Shown piece by piece: positions 36,800-50,369 of a stretch of 64,000 bases of DNA. This DNA comes from Eledone cirrhosa (Eukaryota). The position numbers and the translations under genes are program-made. The notes beneath the pieces were generated by a model, which was not told the DNA's origin, made no database searches, and saw only the letters and a list, made by a program, of their open reading frames with translations. Each line of letters opens with the position of its first letter. Positions within the stretch are counted from its first letter, which is position 1. The stretch covers positions 32,674,001 to 32,738,000 of the forward strand of contig OZ024747.1 of assembly GCA_964016885.1 (NCBI GenBank), in the 5' to 3' direction.

Positions 36800-39700
36800 C
36801 CAACATTATCATCATAACCAACATTATCATCATTACCAACATTACCATCATTATCATCATTACCATCATTATCATCGTTACAATCATTACCATCCTTATC
36901 ATCATTAGCAACATTATCATCATTACCATCAATACTACATTATCATCATTATCATCACTACCAACATTACCATCATGACCAACATTATCATCATTAACAT
37001 CATTATCATAATTATCATCATAACCAACATTATCATCATTACCAACATTACCATCATTATCATCATTACCATCATTATCATCGTTACAATCATTACCATC
37101 CTTATCATCATTAGCAACATTATCATCATTACCATCATTACTACATTATCATCATTATCATCACTACCAACATTACCATCATGACCAACATTATCATCAG
37201 TAACATCATTACCAACATTATCATCATTACCAACATTATCATCATTACCAACATTACCATCATTACCAACATTATCATCATTACCATCATTACCAACATT
37301 ATCATCATTATCAACATTACCATAATTATCAACATTATCATCATTACCAACATTACCAACATTACCATCATTACCATCATGATCAACATTACCATCATTA
37401 CCAACATTATCATCATCACCATTATTGTCATTATTAACATGACCTACAGTATCATTATCACCAACATTACCAACATTATAATCATTACTAACATTACCAA
37501 CATTACCATCATTACCATCATTACCAACATTACCAACATTACGATCATTACCAACATTACCAACATTATCATTATTACCATCATTAACAACATTATCATT
37601 ATTACCATCATTATCATCATTACCAACATCATCATCATGACCAACATTACCAACATTATCATCGTTACCATCATTACCATCATTATCATCATTACCAAAA
37701 TTATCATCATTACTAACATTGCCAACATTATCATCATTAACAACATTACCAACATTATCATCATTACCAACATTACCAACATTATCATCATTACCAACAT
37801 TACTAACATTATCATCATTACCAACATTACCAACATTATCATTATTACCAACATTATTTCATTACCATCATTATCATCATTACCAACATTATCATTATTA
37901 CCATCATTATCATCTTTACCAACATTATCAACATTATCATCATTACCATCATTATCATCATTACCAACATTATCCACATTATCATCATTATCATCATTAG
38001 CAACATTACCAATATTATTATCATTACCAACATTACCGACATTATAATCATTACCATCATTATCAACATTACCAACATTATCATCGTTACCATCATTATC
38101 ATCATTACCAACATTATCAACATTACCAAAATTATCAACATTATCATCATTACCAACATTACCATCATTACCAAGATTACCATCATTACCAACATTACCA
38201 ACATTACCAACATTACCAACATTATCATCATTACCATCATTACCAACATTACCAACATTACCAACATTACCATCATTATCAACATTACCATCATTACCAA
38301 AATTACCATCATTACCATCATTATCATCATTACCATCATTATCACCATTACCAACATTATCATCATTACCAACATTACCAACATTACCAACATTATCATC
38401 ATTACCATAATTACCATCATTACCAACATTATCATCATACCGTAATTACCATCATTACCAACATTATCATCATTACCATCATTACCAACATTATCATCAT
38501 AACCAACATTATCATAAGTACCAACATTGTCATCATTACCAACATTACCATCATTACCACATTATCATCATTACCAAGATTATCATCATTATCATCATTA
38601 TCATTATTACCAACATTATCATCATTACCAACATTATCATCATTACAGTCATTATCATCATTACCAACATTATCAATATAACCAACATTATCATAATTAC
38701 CAACATTATCATCATTACCATCATTACCAACATTATCATCATAACCAACATTATCATAATTACCAACATTATCATCATTACCATCATAACCAACATTATC
38801 ATCATTACCAACATTATCAACATTACCATCATTACCAACATGACAACATTATCATCATTACCATCATTATCATCATTACCATAATTACCATCATTACCAA
38901 CATTCTCATCATTACCATCATTATCTTTATTACCATCATTACCAACATTATCAACATTACCAACATTATCATCATTACCACCATTCTCATCATTACCAAC
39001 ATCATCATCATTACCAACATTACCAACATTATCATCATTACCATCATTATCATCAGAACTAACATTATCATCATTACCAATATTACCATCATTACCATCA
39101 TTATAATCATTACCAACATTATCATCATTACCAACATTACAAACATTATCATCATTACCAACATTATCATCATTAGCATAATTATTATCATCATTACCAA
39201 CATTACCAACATTACCATCATTACCAACATTATCATAATTACCATCATTATCATCATTATCATCATTACCAACATTATCATCATAACCAACATTATCATC
39301 ATAACCAACATTATCATCATTACCAACATTACCATCATTATCATCATTACCATCATTATCATCATTAGCAACATTATCATCATTACCATCATTACTACAT
39401 TATCATCATTATCATCACTACCAACATTACCATCATGACCAACATTATCATCATTAACATCATTATCATAATTATCATCATAACCAACATTATCATCATT
39501 ACCAACATTACCATCATTATCATCATTACCATCATTATCATCGTTACAATCATTACCATCCTTATCATCATTAGCAACATTATCATCATTACCATCATTA
39601 CTACATTATCATCATTATCATCACTACCAACATTACCATCATGACCAACATTATCATCAGTAACATCATTACCAACATTATCATCATTACCAACATTATC

Positions 39701-41600
39701 ATCATTACCAACATTACCATCATTACCAACATTATCATCATTACCATCATTACCAACATTATCATCATTATCAACATTACCATAATTATCAACATTATCA
39801 TCATTACCAACATTACCAACATTACCATCATTACCATCATGATCAACATTACCATCATTACCAACATTATCATCATCACCATTATTGTCATTATTAACAT
39901 GACCTACAGTATCATTATCACCAACATTACCAACATTATAATCATTACTAACATTACCAACATTACCATCAATACCATCATTACCAACATTACCAACATT
40001 ACGATCATTACCAACATTACCAACATTATCATTATTACCATCATTAACAACATTATCATTATTACCATCATTATCATCATTACCAACATCATCATCATGA
40101 CCAACATTACCAACATTATCATCGTTACCATCATTACCATCATTATCATCATTACCAAAATTATCATCATTACTAACATTGCCAACATTATCATCATTAA
40201 CAACATTACCAACATTATCATCATTACCAACATTACCAACATTATCATCATTACCAACATTACTAACATTATCATCATTACCAACATTACCAACATTATC
40301 ATTATTACCAACATTATTTCATTACCATCATTATCATCATTACCAACATTATCATTATTACCATCATTATCATCTTTACCAACATTATCAACATTATCAT
40401 CATTACCATCATTATCATCATTACCAACATTATCCACATTATCATCATTATCATCATTAGCAACATTACCAATATTATTATCATTACCAACATTACCGAC
40501 ATTATAATCATTACCATCATTATCATCATTACCAACATTATCAACATTACCAAAATTATCAACATTATCATCATTACCAACATTACCAACATTACCAACA
40601 TTACCAACATTACCAACATTAACATCATTACCAAGATCATCATCATTACCAAAATTACCATCATTACCAACATTACCATCATTATCAACATTACCATCAT
40701 TACCAAAATTACCATCATTACCATCATTATCATCATTACCATCATTATCACCATTACCAACATTATCATCATTACCAACATTACCAACATTACCAACATT
40801 ATCATCATTACCATAATTACCATCATTACCAACATTATCATCATACCGTAATTACCATCATTACCAACATTATCATCATTACCATCATTACCAACATTAT
40901 CATCATAACCAACATTATCATAAGTACCAACATTGTCATCATTACCAACATTACCATCATTACCACATTATCATCATTACCAAGATTATCATCATTATCA
41001 TCATTATCATCATTACCAACATTATCATCATTACCAACATTATCATCATTACAGTCATTATCATCATTACCAACATTATCATAATTACCAACATTATCAT
41101 AATTACCAACATTATCATCATTACCATCATTACCAACATTATCATCATAACCAACATTATCATAATTACCAACATTATCATCATTACCATCATAACCAAC
41201 ATTATCATCATTACCAACATTATCAACATTACCATCATTACCAACATGACAACATTATCATCATTACCATCATTATCATCATTACCATAATTACCATCAT
41301 TACCAACATTCTCATCATTACCATCATTATCTTTATTACCATCATTACCAACATTATCAACATTACCAACATTATCATCATTACCACCATTCTCATCATT
41401 ACCAACATCATCATCATTACCAACATTACCAACATTATCATCATTACCATCATTATCATCAGAACTAACATTATCATCATTACCAATATTACCATCATTA
41501 CCATCATTATAATCATTACCAACATTATCATCATTACCAACATTACAAACATTATCATCATTAGCATAATTATTATCATCATTACCAACATTACCAACAT
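36800..41600. repeat. Higher-order tandem duplication, period ~2.41-2.46 kb
   Basis: Pairs 36935/39395 and 37181/39641 (2460), and 38527/40933 (2406). Unique markers such as cataccgtaatt, ataagtacc and atcagaact each occur twice. Confidence 0.88.
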
Positions 41601-43846
41601 TACCATCATTACCAACATTATCATCATTACCAACATTACCAACATTACCATCATTACCAACATTATCATAATTACCACATTATCATCATAATCATCATTA
41701 CCATCATTACCAACATTATCATCATTACCAACATTACCAACATTACCAACATTATCATCATTACCATCATTACCACATTATCATCATTACCAACATTATC
41801 ATCATTACCATCATTATCATCATTATCATCATTACCATCATTACCACATTATCATCATTCTCATCATTACCATCATTACCATCATTACAATCATCATCAT
41901 CATTACCAACATTATCATCATCATCATGATTACCATGATTACCAACATTATCATCATACCATCATTCTCATCATTACCAACATCATCATCATTACCAACA
42001 TTACCAACATTATCATCATTACCACCATTACCAACATTACCATCATTAGCAACATTACCAACATTAACAACATTACCATCATTACCAATATTATCAATAT
42101 TACCAACATTATCATCATTACCATCATTATCAATATTACCAACATTATCATCATTACCATCATTATCATCATTACCATCATTACCAACATTATCATCATT
42201 ACCAACATTATCATAATTACCAACATTACCATCATTACCATCATTACCATCATTACCAGCATTTTCATCATTACCAACATTATCATCATTATCATCATTA
42301 CCAACATTATTATCATTACCAACATTATCATCATTACCAACATCACCAACATTTTCATCATTACCAACATTATCATCATTACCAACATTACCAACACCAT
42401 CATCATTAGCAACATTGTCATCATTACCATCATTATCAACATCCTTCTTCCCAGTTTTCCCTTTATTACAATAATCACCATTATTTTTCTTCCTAATCAT
42501 TATGATGATCATCACCATCATCACCATCGTCAGTATCACCACCAGTACCATCACCACCACAACCCACCACTATCACCATATCCTTCACCACCACTACCAC
42601 CATCACCACCACAACCACCACCATCATGATTACCATGATTACCAAAATTATCATCATTACCATCATTCTCATCATTACCAACATCATCATCATTACCAAC
42701 ATTACCAACATTATCATAATTACCATCATTATCATCATAACCAACATTATCATCATTACCAATATTACCATCATTACCATCATTATAATCATTACCAACA
42801 TTATCATCATTACCAACATTATCATCATTACCAACATTATCATCATTACCAACATTACAAACATTATCATCATTACCAACATTACCATCATTACCATCAT
42901 TACCATCATTACCAGCATTTTCATCATTACCAACATTATCATCATTATCATCATTACCAACATTATTATCATTACCAACATTATCATAATTACCACATTA
43001 TCATCATAATCATCATTACCAACATTACCAACATTATCATCATTACCATCATTACCACATTATCATCATTACCAACATTATCATCATTACCATCATTATC
43101 ATCATTATCATCATTACCATCATTAACACATTATCATCATTCTCATCATTACCATCATTACCATCATTATCAACATTATCATCATTACCAACATTATTAA
43201 CATTACCATCATTACCATCATTACAAGCATCATCATCATTACCAACATTATCATCATCATCATGATTACCATGATTACCAACATTATCATCATTACCATC
43301 ATTCTCATCATTACCAACATCATCATCATTACCAACATTACCAACATTATCATCATTACCATCATTACCAACATTACCATCATTAGCAACATTACCAACA
43401 TTAACAACATTACCATCATTACCAACATTATCAATATTACCAACATTATCATCATTACCATCATTATCAATATTACCAACATTATCATCATTACCATTAT
43501 TACCAACATTATCATCATTACCAACATTATTATCATTATTACCAACATTACCAACATTTTCATCATTACCAACATTATCATCATTACCAACATTACCAAC
43601 ATTACCAACACTATCATCATTAGCAACATTGTCATCATTACCATCATTATCAACATCCTCCTTCCCAGTTTTCCCTTTATTACAATAATCAACATTATTT
43701 TTCTTCCTAATCATTATGATGATCATCACCATCATCACCATCGTCAGTATCACCACCAGTACCATCACCACCACAACCCACCACTATCACCATATCCTTC
43801 ACCACCACTACCACCATCACCACCACAACCACCACCATCATCATAA
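41500..43846. repeat. Terminal ~1.2-kb duplication that includes non-satellite flank
   Basis: The non-satellite string cttcccagttttccctttattacaataatc...cgtcagtatcaccaccagtacc occurs at ~42445-42625 and ~43660-43840 (ORF pair 42502/43716, offset 1214). Confidence 0.9.
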
Positions 43847-44164
43847 TCACCATGATTATTATGCAGCAGTATCAAAGCTAGTTTCATTGATGATAACCAA
43901 TATCAGCAGCAACAGGAATTAGAAAGTTGATGTTGGAATAAATATGGTTAAAGCACAATGTTATCAAGATGGAACAAAACAAATATAAATATAAAAATAC
44001 AAATGTATAAAATACGCCCTGAAAAATAACAACATTTTCTTTTTCTTTCTATAAAAGCAGTAAAAACAAATTTAAGCAAAAACAAATCCTGAACTAGACA
44101 AAACTATAGTAAGAAACACATATAAGGTTACAGTAAAGTGATTAAGACATCAACAAATATGGTT

Positions 44165-44355
44165 AGACTAAAGTGATTAAGACATCAACAACAGCAGTGT
44201 CAACAACAACAATGACAGCAATGCTAACAACAAAAATGCTGATGATAACAAAACCAATACTTATAACAACAACAACAGTACTTCTAAGACTACTAACAAT
44301 GCAAACAACAGTAAAAACAGCAACAATAACGATGCAAATGCAACCACCATCAATA

Positions 44356-44405
<50 letters not shown>

Positions 44406-44520
44406 AGTAACAACAATTACTTCAACAACAATAATAACAAAAGCTACTACAATAACAACAAAAACAACTACAACAATACTAACCACACCAACTGCTACAA
44501 TAACAATACCAACAAATCGT
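44165..44520. repeat. Degenerate (ACA/ACT)n trinucleotide tract with pure (TAC)n core at ~44356-44405
   Basis: Direct inspection; produces spurious Thr-rich/Val-rich ORFs. Confidence 0.9.
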
Positions 44521-44559
44521 CAACACTCTTTAGTCACATGGGATTGCACCTAGAAATCC

Positions 44560-44835
44560 TGGACAATCTGTTCCTGTGGAAGACCAGCAGTCACCTATGC
44601 ACAAAAGTCTCCCCTCTTGATGCCACCAATGTTGTTCAAGGAAAAGGCAATGGCCAATACAGCTTGGTACCAGTGATGCTACAACTCATATTTTCCAGCT
44701 GAGTGAACTGGAGCAACAGGAAATAAAGTGTATTGTTGAAGGACACAACGTGCTACCCACCCAATTCAGGAATTGAAATTACAACCTTACAGTCTTGAGC
44801 CAAATACTCTAAGCAATAAGCCATGTACCTTCACT
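44560..44835 (-). mobile_element. Degenerate tRNA-derived SINE remnant
   Basis: gtgaactggagcaac...aaataaagtgtattgttgaaggacacaacg...ggaattgaa...aagccatgtaccttcac is the reverse complement of a tRNA-like head followed by a GTTGTGTCCTT-type central domain. Family recalled from memory of mollusc SINEs. Confidence 0.55.
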
Positions 44836-44883
44836 TAACAAATGCCATAGTGCTAAGAACAATGATGATTATAACAACACGAA

Positions 44884-45420
44884 AGGGTGGTAGATTGGCA
44901 GTATCAATAGAGCGTCACACAAACATGTTTTGCAGCATAATGTTATGGCAATTTATGTTCTACATTCAGATCCCAGCGAGCTTAACTTTACCATTCATCC
45001 TTACAGGGACGATAATATAAAGACAATTAATACACTGGAGTCAATTTAATCAACTTTCTCCTCATCAAAAATTGTTGGCCTTGTGCCTAAATCAGAAACC
45101 ATTATTCCAATCCCGCCGAGGTTAACTTTGCCTTTCATCCTTATGGGATCGATAAAATAAAGTACCAGTAATACACTGGGTAATTGCTGGTCTTGTGCCA
45201 AAAGTAGAAACAATTATTATTAATGCGGTAGATGACAGTATTGGTAGAGTGCCATACAGTTATAGCCTCTTTAGATTCAGCATTCAAATCAGCCAAAATT
45301 AGCTTTGCCCTTCTTCCTTACAGGGTTGATAAAATAAAGTACCAGTAATGCACTGCGGCAGATTCAATTGATTTTCACCTTCCCAAAGATTATTGTTTTT
45401 CTGCCTAAATCAGAAACCAT
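44884..45420 (+). mobile_element. Three adjacent degenerate copies of one SINE family
   Basis: Shared motif aatccc..gag.ttaactttgcctttcatcctta.ggg..gataaaataaagtaccagtaatacactgg...ttgtgcc.aaa..agaaac recurs at ~44965, ~45108 and ~45283. Confidence 0.7.
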
Positions 45421-45640
45421 TTTAACAATACCAATTGCAACGACAACAACTTCTACAACAACCATGACAACATCATCTTCATCTACTATGAAAATACTAA
45501 CAAAAACAAGTACCACAATATTAGAAACAACAAAAACAACTACAAAACTAATAACAACAATACATATAACAACAATACTTGCAACAGCAATATCAACAGC
45601 TAGTAGTACTGCAAGAATAACTAGAATACTAACAGTAAAT
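45420..45640. repeat. Degenerate (ACA)n low-complexity tract
   Basis: Direct inspection. Confidence 0.8.
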
Positions 45641-46083
45641 GAATGAGAGAAGGAAGAGGGGGGAGAAAGAGCGGATAGCAAAGAAGAAGAAAAATAATCG
45701 ATTGGATGAAAAAAATAAAGGAAAGCAAAAACAAGTGAAATGAAAGAAGAAAAGAATGAAGTAGAAAAAAGTTTTTAGTTTGTAATTATTTTTATGTTAA
45801 GTAAGAGATAAGAAGATCTAAAGCAGAAGAGTGCAGGGAAAGGGGAGGGGATAAGCAAACTTCTGAATTGACAATGTATTGCATTGTTTGGTGGGTTATT
45901 CAATAATGAAGAGAGCTTAGAGAGCTTCATTCATTACAAATGATTTATTAGAGATAAATTTGGCTTAAAAGGTGGTTTGGTAGTGAAGAAATGTAATTTA
46001 ACTCTCTTCTTTCTCTCTCTCTCACTCCCAAATAGAATGAGAAGGAAAGGAAGAAAAAAAAATAAAAAGAGAGACCAAAAAAT

Positions 46084-46490
46084 TATATATATATATATAG
46101 CTTATCCATGTTATTCTTCACTCCTTCATTACACACACGCACACACATATATATATATAAATAAATATATATATATATATACATACATATATATATATAT
46201 ACATACATATATATATACATGCATACATTTATATATACATACATATATGTATATATGTATATATATGTGTATATATATAAATAAATAAATAAATATATAT
46301 AGAGAGAGAGAGAGAGTAAGGGAGGGAGAAAGAGAGAGATGAGGGTATCAAGATATGGAGGTCTAAGCTGGGGGGGGGGGGTTCAATTGCCGTAATCTAC
46401 AAAAGAGATGAATGAATATGAGGGCTGTCTATAGAACTGTACTTTTGTATTATAGTTTTTATTGAAAGAAACAACAACAACAACAACAAC

Positions 46491-46549
<59 letters not shown>

Positions 46550-46713
46550 CAATAACAATGATAACAATAATAATATTAATGATGATGATGATAATCATAA
46601 GTAAATAAATAAATAAATGACAGAAAGTGGATTTTTTTTTTACTTCATTTTTATTTTTATTTTTTGGTCCAATTGATCTCAGAAAGAATAGAATAACAGA
46701 AACAAAAGAATAT

Positions 46714-46800
<87 letters not shown>
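46084..46800. repeat. Microsatellite cluster: (TA)n/(TACA)n, (AAC)n(AAT)n at ~46470-46600, (GA)n at ~46716-46799
   Basis: Direct inspection. Confidence 0.95.
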
Positions 46801-46804
<4 letters not shown>

Positions 46805-47169
46805 CACAATTGAAAAGAAAAAGCCAGAAGAGATGTTGGTGTCTTTAGATAATACATGCAACCATGTTTTCCAATTAGGGTGCTATTGTAGATATCATGG
46901 GTGAATGAAATTGCAATGCACTGCAACCATTAGAGGCCATTGTATCTAGTTCAATGTGAAATCAGGCTAAAATAATTCCAACTAAAACTCCCATGTAAGT
47001 ATTTGTTTGAAATATCCTTTTCTCTAATAAATGGAACTAGTTGAATGCTATACATTTATAAAACTGAAGCTGAAACTAGCTGTTCTTCAGTTCTTGCTTG
47101 TAGAGTAGAAATCATTGTACTGGTTACCTCTCTCAGTCTCATCTTTTTCTTTATGCATATGTGTGTGTA

Positions 47170-47223
<54 letters not shown>

Positions 47224-47365
47224 GTAAAATAACCGTGTATGAGCATAAATATATAATATCGATATATATATTTATATGTATGAAAAAAGTAAACAGAAAT
47301 AACAAAGCATGGCACAGTACAATGAAGAAATATATTCGTTTAACACTCGATAGAGAAGGAAAAGA

Positions 47366-47404
47366 GTCTTACTGTTTTGGATATTAGTCCTTCATCAGTA
47401 GTTA
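47366..47404 (-). ncRNA. Degenerate hammerhead-like core (probably inactive)
   Basis: Minus strand reads CTGATGA-A-GGA-ctaata-TCC-AAAA-CAGTAAG. Stem II pairs, but GAAA appears as AAAA and stems I/III are poor. Confidence 0.35.
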
Positions 47405-47499
47405 GAATGAGAAATAAAAATGAAATAAAAAGATAGAGTGTGAGAAAGGGACGCAATAATGGTTTTGAGAAAAAACATGTATGTATTCAGTCAATATAT

Positions 47500-47962
47500 A
47501 TATATTTGTTTTGCAAGGTTTTTGATATGAAATCGTGTGTCGAAACAAATATTGTTATACTTGGGGAGGGTCATATTGTTGTAATAATATTGCCAGAAAT
47601 AACAGAACACACTCACTGTTTGGTGAGTTTTCGCTTCTGCATCATATATATCTCCATAGTTAATTTATTTGGCAGTCAATGTTTATCATTGACTGACCAT
47701 CGGTTAAAAATACAGATATAATTATAGATATATAGTCTAACAAAGTTCTTTCGTTACACATCTGCAACATCATGTGCAAAGAAAGAACTTTGTTAGACTA
47801 TATATATATTTATATCTGTATTTTTAACCGATGGTCAATCAATGATAAACATTGACTGCCAAATAAATTAACTATGGAGATATAAAAGATGCAGAAGGGA
47901 AAACCAACCAAACAGTGAGTGTGTTCTGTTATTATTTCTGGCCATATTATTACAACAATATA
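47500..47962. mobile_element. Fold-back remnant of a Penelope-like pseudo-LTR (two inverted 3' ends, no ORF)
   Basis: Inverted arms ~47574-47753 and ~47781-47962. Both carry GAAAGAACTTTG, the HHR 3' half of the neighbouring PLE. The left arm extends through atattgttatacttggggagggtcat, homologous to 48026-48051. Confidence 0.75.
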
Positions 47963-48179
47963 TATATATTTCGTTTCTGAATTTGTTTAGCAAGATTCTT
48001 TATCTGAAAACGTGTGTTGAAACCGATATTGTTATACTTTGGGAGGGTCATGTTGCCAATAAGAAACACACGCACCAGTTGCTTTCACTTCAATTTATTA
48101 TAATAAATTTAGGAATTTAGGAATTTATAAATTTCTGGTTGGTTGGTTGGTTCCACAACCAGATAGTTGTTTATATATT

Positions 48180-48222
48180 GTCAAAGTTCTTTCGTCACAC
48201 ATTCTGTGACCTCTTCAGTGAC
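48180..48222 (-). ncRNA. Minimal type I hammerhead ribozyme (inverted pLTR copy)
   Basis: Minus strand: GTCA-CTGAAGA-G-GTCACA-gaatg-TGTGAC-GAAA-G-aa-C-TT-TGAC. Confidence 0.7.
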
Positions 48223-48239
48223 TGGGGATTCTTTTCTGG

Positions 48240-50125
48240 GGATTCTTCGAAAAGACCATAAAACGGGCAGTGACCCTGTCACGGGACCACCACACGGCCA
48301 GTCTGTGGAGCTAACATTGCTAGTAACTACAGACTGTCCCACTTCCTCTCCCTGATCATACGCCCCATCATTGAAATGTCCCCAGATGTATGTGACAGCA
48401 CGGAGGACCTCCTCAGCAGAATCGGCGAGAGTAACCGATCTAGGGACCTAACAAACTGCATAATAGGTAGTATGGATGTTGTGTTCCTGTATCCATCTAT
48501 TGATGTGGATTTTGCTGTAGAGAAATGCGTAGAAATGATCAGTGAGAGCAATGTTGAGTTCCGTGGGATTGATACCAGTGAGTTGGGATTCCTACTTAAA
48601 CTTACCTATAGTAATAATTACCTAGACACATATGACCTTAGCAACCTGTGCCCTACAAGACCAGCAAGAGGAAGACCACCTACCATTAAGTCGATGGCCA
48701 AGAAAACCCACACAGATAGATGGAACGGGTGGACCAGAGCCATACGGACACCCGAAAACCACGATGAACTGAAGAAAATGATTGCACATGCGGTAGGGGC
48801 CAGCATAAAACTAACCCTTAAGGAACATATGTTCAAATTTAATGGAAAAACATATGCCCAAGAGGAAGGAGCAGCCATTGGTGTTAGCATTGCAGGCGAC
48901 ATAGCTAACTTATTCATGGTATGGTGGGACAGTAGACTTAAACTTAAACTTAAAGAACAATTAGAAGACCCCTTAACCCTGATAATGTACTCCCGCTACG
49001 TTGATGATATAAACATCGTAGTTAAGACACCCCCACTAGAGAACAGTCAGGAACTAGAGAAAAACACAATGGAAAGCATCCTGCAAATAGCTAACTCCAT
49101 CCACCAGAGTATTAGAGTTACTATAGACTACCCAAGTAAACACCCCAACCATCGATTACCTGTACTAGACACAGAGCTCTGGTTAGATACCATTAATAAC
49201 AAAAAACAAATTCTCCATTCCCATTTTGCCAAACCCATGACTTCCAAACATCTGATCCACCGAAACTCAGCTGTTTCGGACCATACCAAAATCAACATAC
49301 TGATTGCGGATTTGGTACGGGTGATGAGAAACGTGTCCCGCATGTGCAACCCCGAAGAACTAGAGAGACACATACAACACTTCATCCACCGTATGCAGTT
49401 CTCTGGTTACAATCAGAGAGATAAAATCAGAGTGTATAGAGGAGCCAGAACCAAATGGGAAAAAATGGTAAATAATGACACAAATGGGACCTGCCCCTTG
49501 TATAGGAGCAAATTTTGGAATAGAATAGAAAGAACTAGGAATAAGACTAATAGAATAAACTCATGGTATGATAGCAATAAATACCAGAGTGTAATGTTCA
49601 TCGATACAACCCCTAGAGGTGAATTAGCTTACAAATTTAGAAGGGCCCTAGATAAACATAAACTCAATATTAAGATAGTAGAAAGACCAGGTACCTCCGT
49701 AAAAACACTTATTAGAAAGACATACCCTTTTCAAAGACCCCCATGTATAGATAAGAAATGTATAACCTGTAAAATAAGCCCCCATATTAACTGCAAAACT
49801 AGAAATGTAGGGTATAGCATAAGATGTACTGAAGGACAATGTAGAGACAGAAATATAGTGTACATAGGTGAGACAGCTCGTAGTGTAGGGGAACGGATAA
49901 GTGAACACTGGCGAGACCTTCAAGATAGTAAAGAATCATCTGTACTCTACCAACATGCTAAAATAGAACATAAGGGTAAATTAGAGAACATAGAAATAAA
50001 AATAGAATCTACACAGAAAAGACGCAATGTTTAGACAAATCACAGAGGCAATAAACATAAAAGAATTACAACCAACATTAAATAGAAAATATGAGTGGAA
50101 CAGCAACATCACAACTTATAATTAA
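48240..50125 (+). pseudogene. PLE reverse transcriptase + GIY-YIG endonuclease (main open segment 48376-50034; frameshifts at ~48290 and ~50018)
   Basis: RT motifs KDHK..P.RP, GSMDVVFLYPSI, GAAIGVSIAGDIANLFM, YSRYVDD, LPVLD. Linker CIDKKCITC (Cx4CxxC). Endonuclease NVGY...YIGET.RS..ER..EH...H...H. Removing one A at ~50018 continues DAMFRQITEAINIKELQPTLNRKYEW to TAA at 50123-50125. Confidence 0.9.
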
Positions 50126-50326
50126 GGACAAAATGAAAACACACACGCACATAGAACAAACAACCAACCGGTAACATGTAAATAAACAAATAAATAAACG
50201 AATATAAACACACACAGACACCCGGATGTGGCGCATGCGCAGACTGAGCATACAACCCACGCACAGAAACAAAATGGCGTAGGACAGAACAAAGGAGAGG
50301 CACAAAAACAAAGAAAAGAATCCCCA

Positions 50327-50369
50327 GTCACTGACGAGGTCACAGAATGTGTGACGAAAGAACTTTGAC
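50327..50369 (+). ncRNA. Minimal type I hammerhead ribozyme in PLE 3' pLTR
   Basis: Stem I GTCA/TGAC, core CTGACGA (50331-50337), extra G, 6-bp stem II GTCACA/TGTGAC, GAAA (50356-50359), minimal stem III, CUU triplet. Confidence 0.75.

Larger units (their letters stand above)
1..43846. repeat. Giant 9-bp satellite array (consensus CATTAYCAW: CATTACCAA / CATTACCAT / CATTATCAT / CATTATCAA) with higher-order duplications
   Basis: Continuous 9-bp periodicity from base 1 (array runs off the left edge) to ~43.65 kb, then a degenerate (CAC/CAT)n tail. G is very rare on the + strand. Rare marker variants (gacctacagt, attacgatc, aacgttgtc, attttcacc, atccttatc) recur at fixed offsets. Confidence 0.98.

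Noticed and set aside
1-43650. CRISPR-like or canonical telomeric array
   Set aside because: No constant repeat with unique spacers, no cas genes, and no (TTAGGG)n; the context is eukaryotic.
1-43846. Dozens of long M/L/V/I-, T/N/I-, P/T/L/S- and H/Y/Q-rich ORFs
   Set aside because: Automatic result of a 9-bp repeat lacking stops in five of six frames. ORFs overlap on both strands and are broken by 1-nt slips.
44163-45681. Thr-rich 'mucin-like' ORFs (44173-44553, 45368-45646)
   Set aside because: Translations of degenerate (ACA/ACT)n microsatellites interleaved with SINEs.
45977-47387. Short ORFs with [16 protein letters not shown] runs
   Set aside because: Dinucleotide and trinucleotide microsatellite translations.
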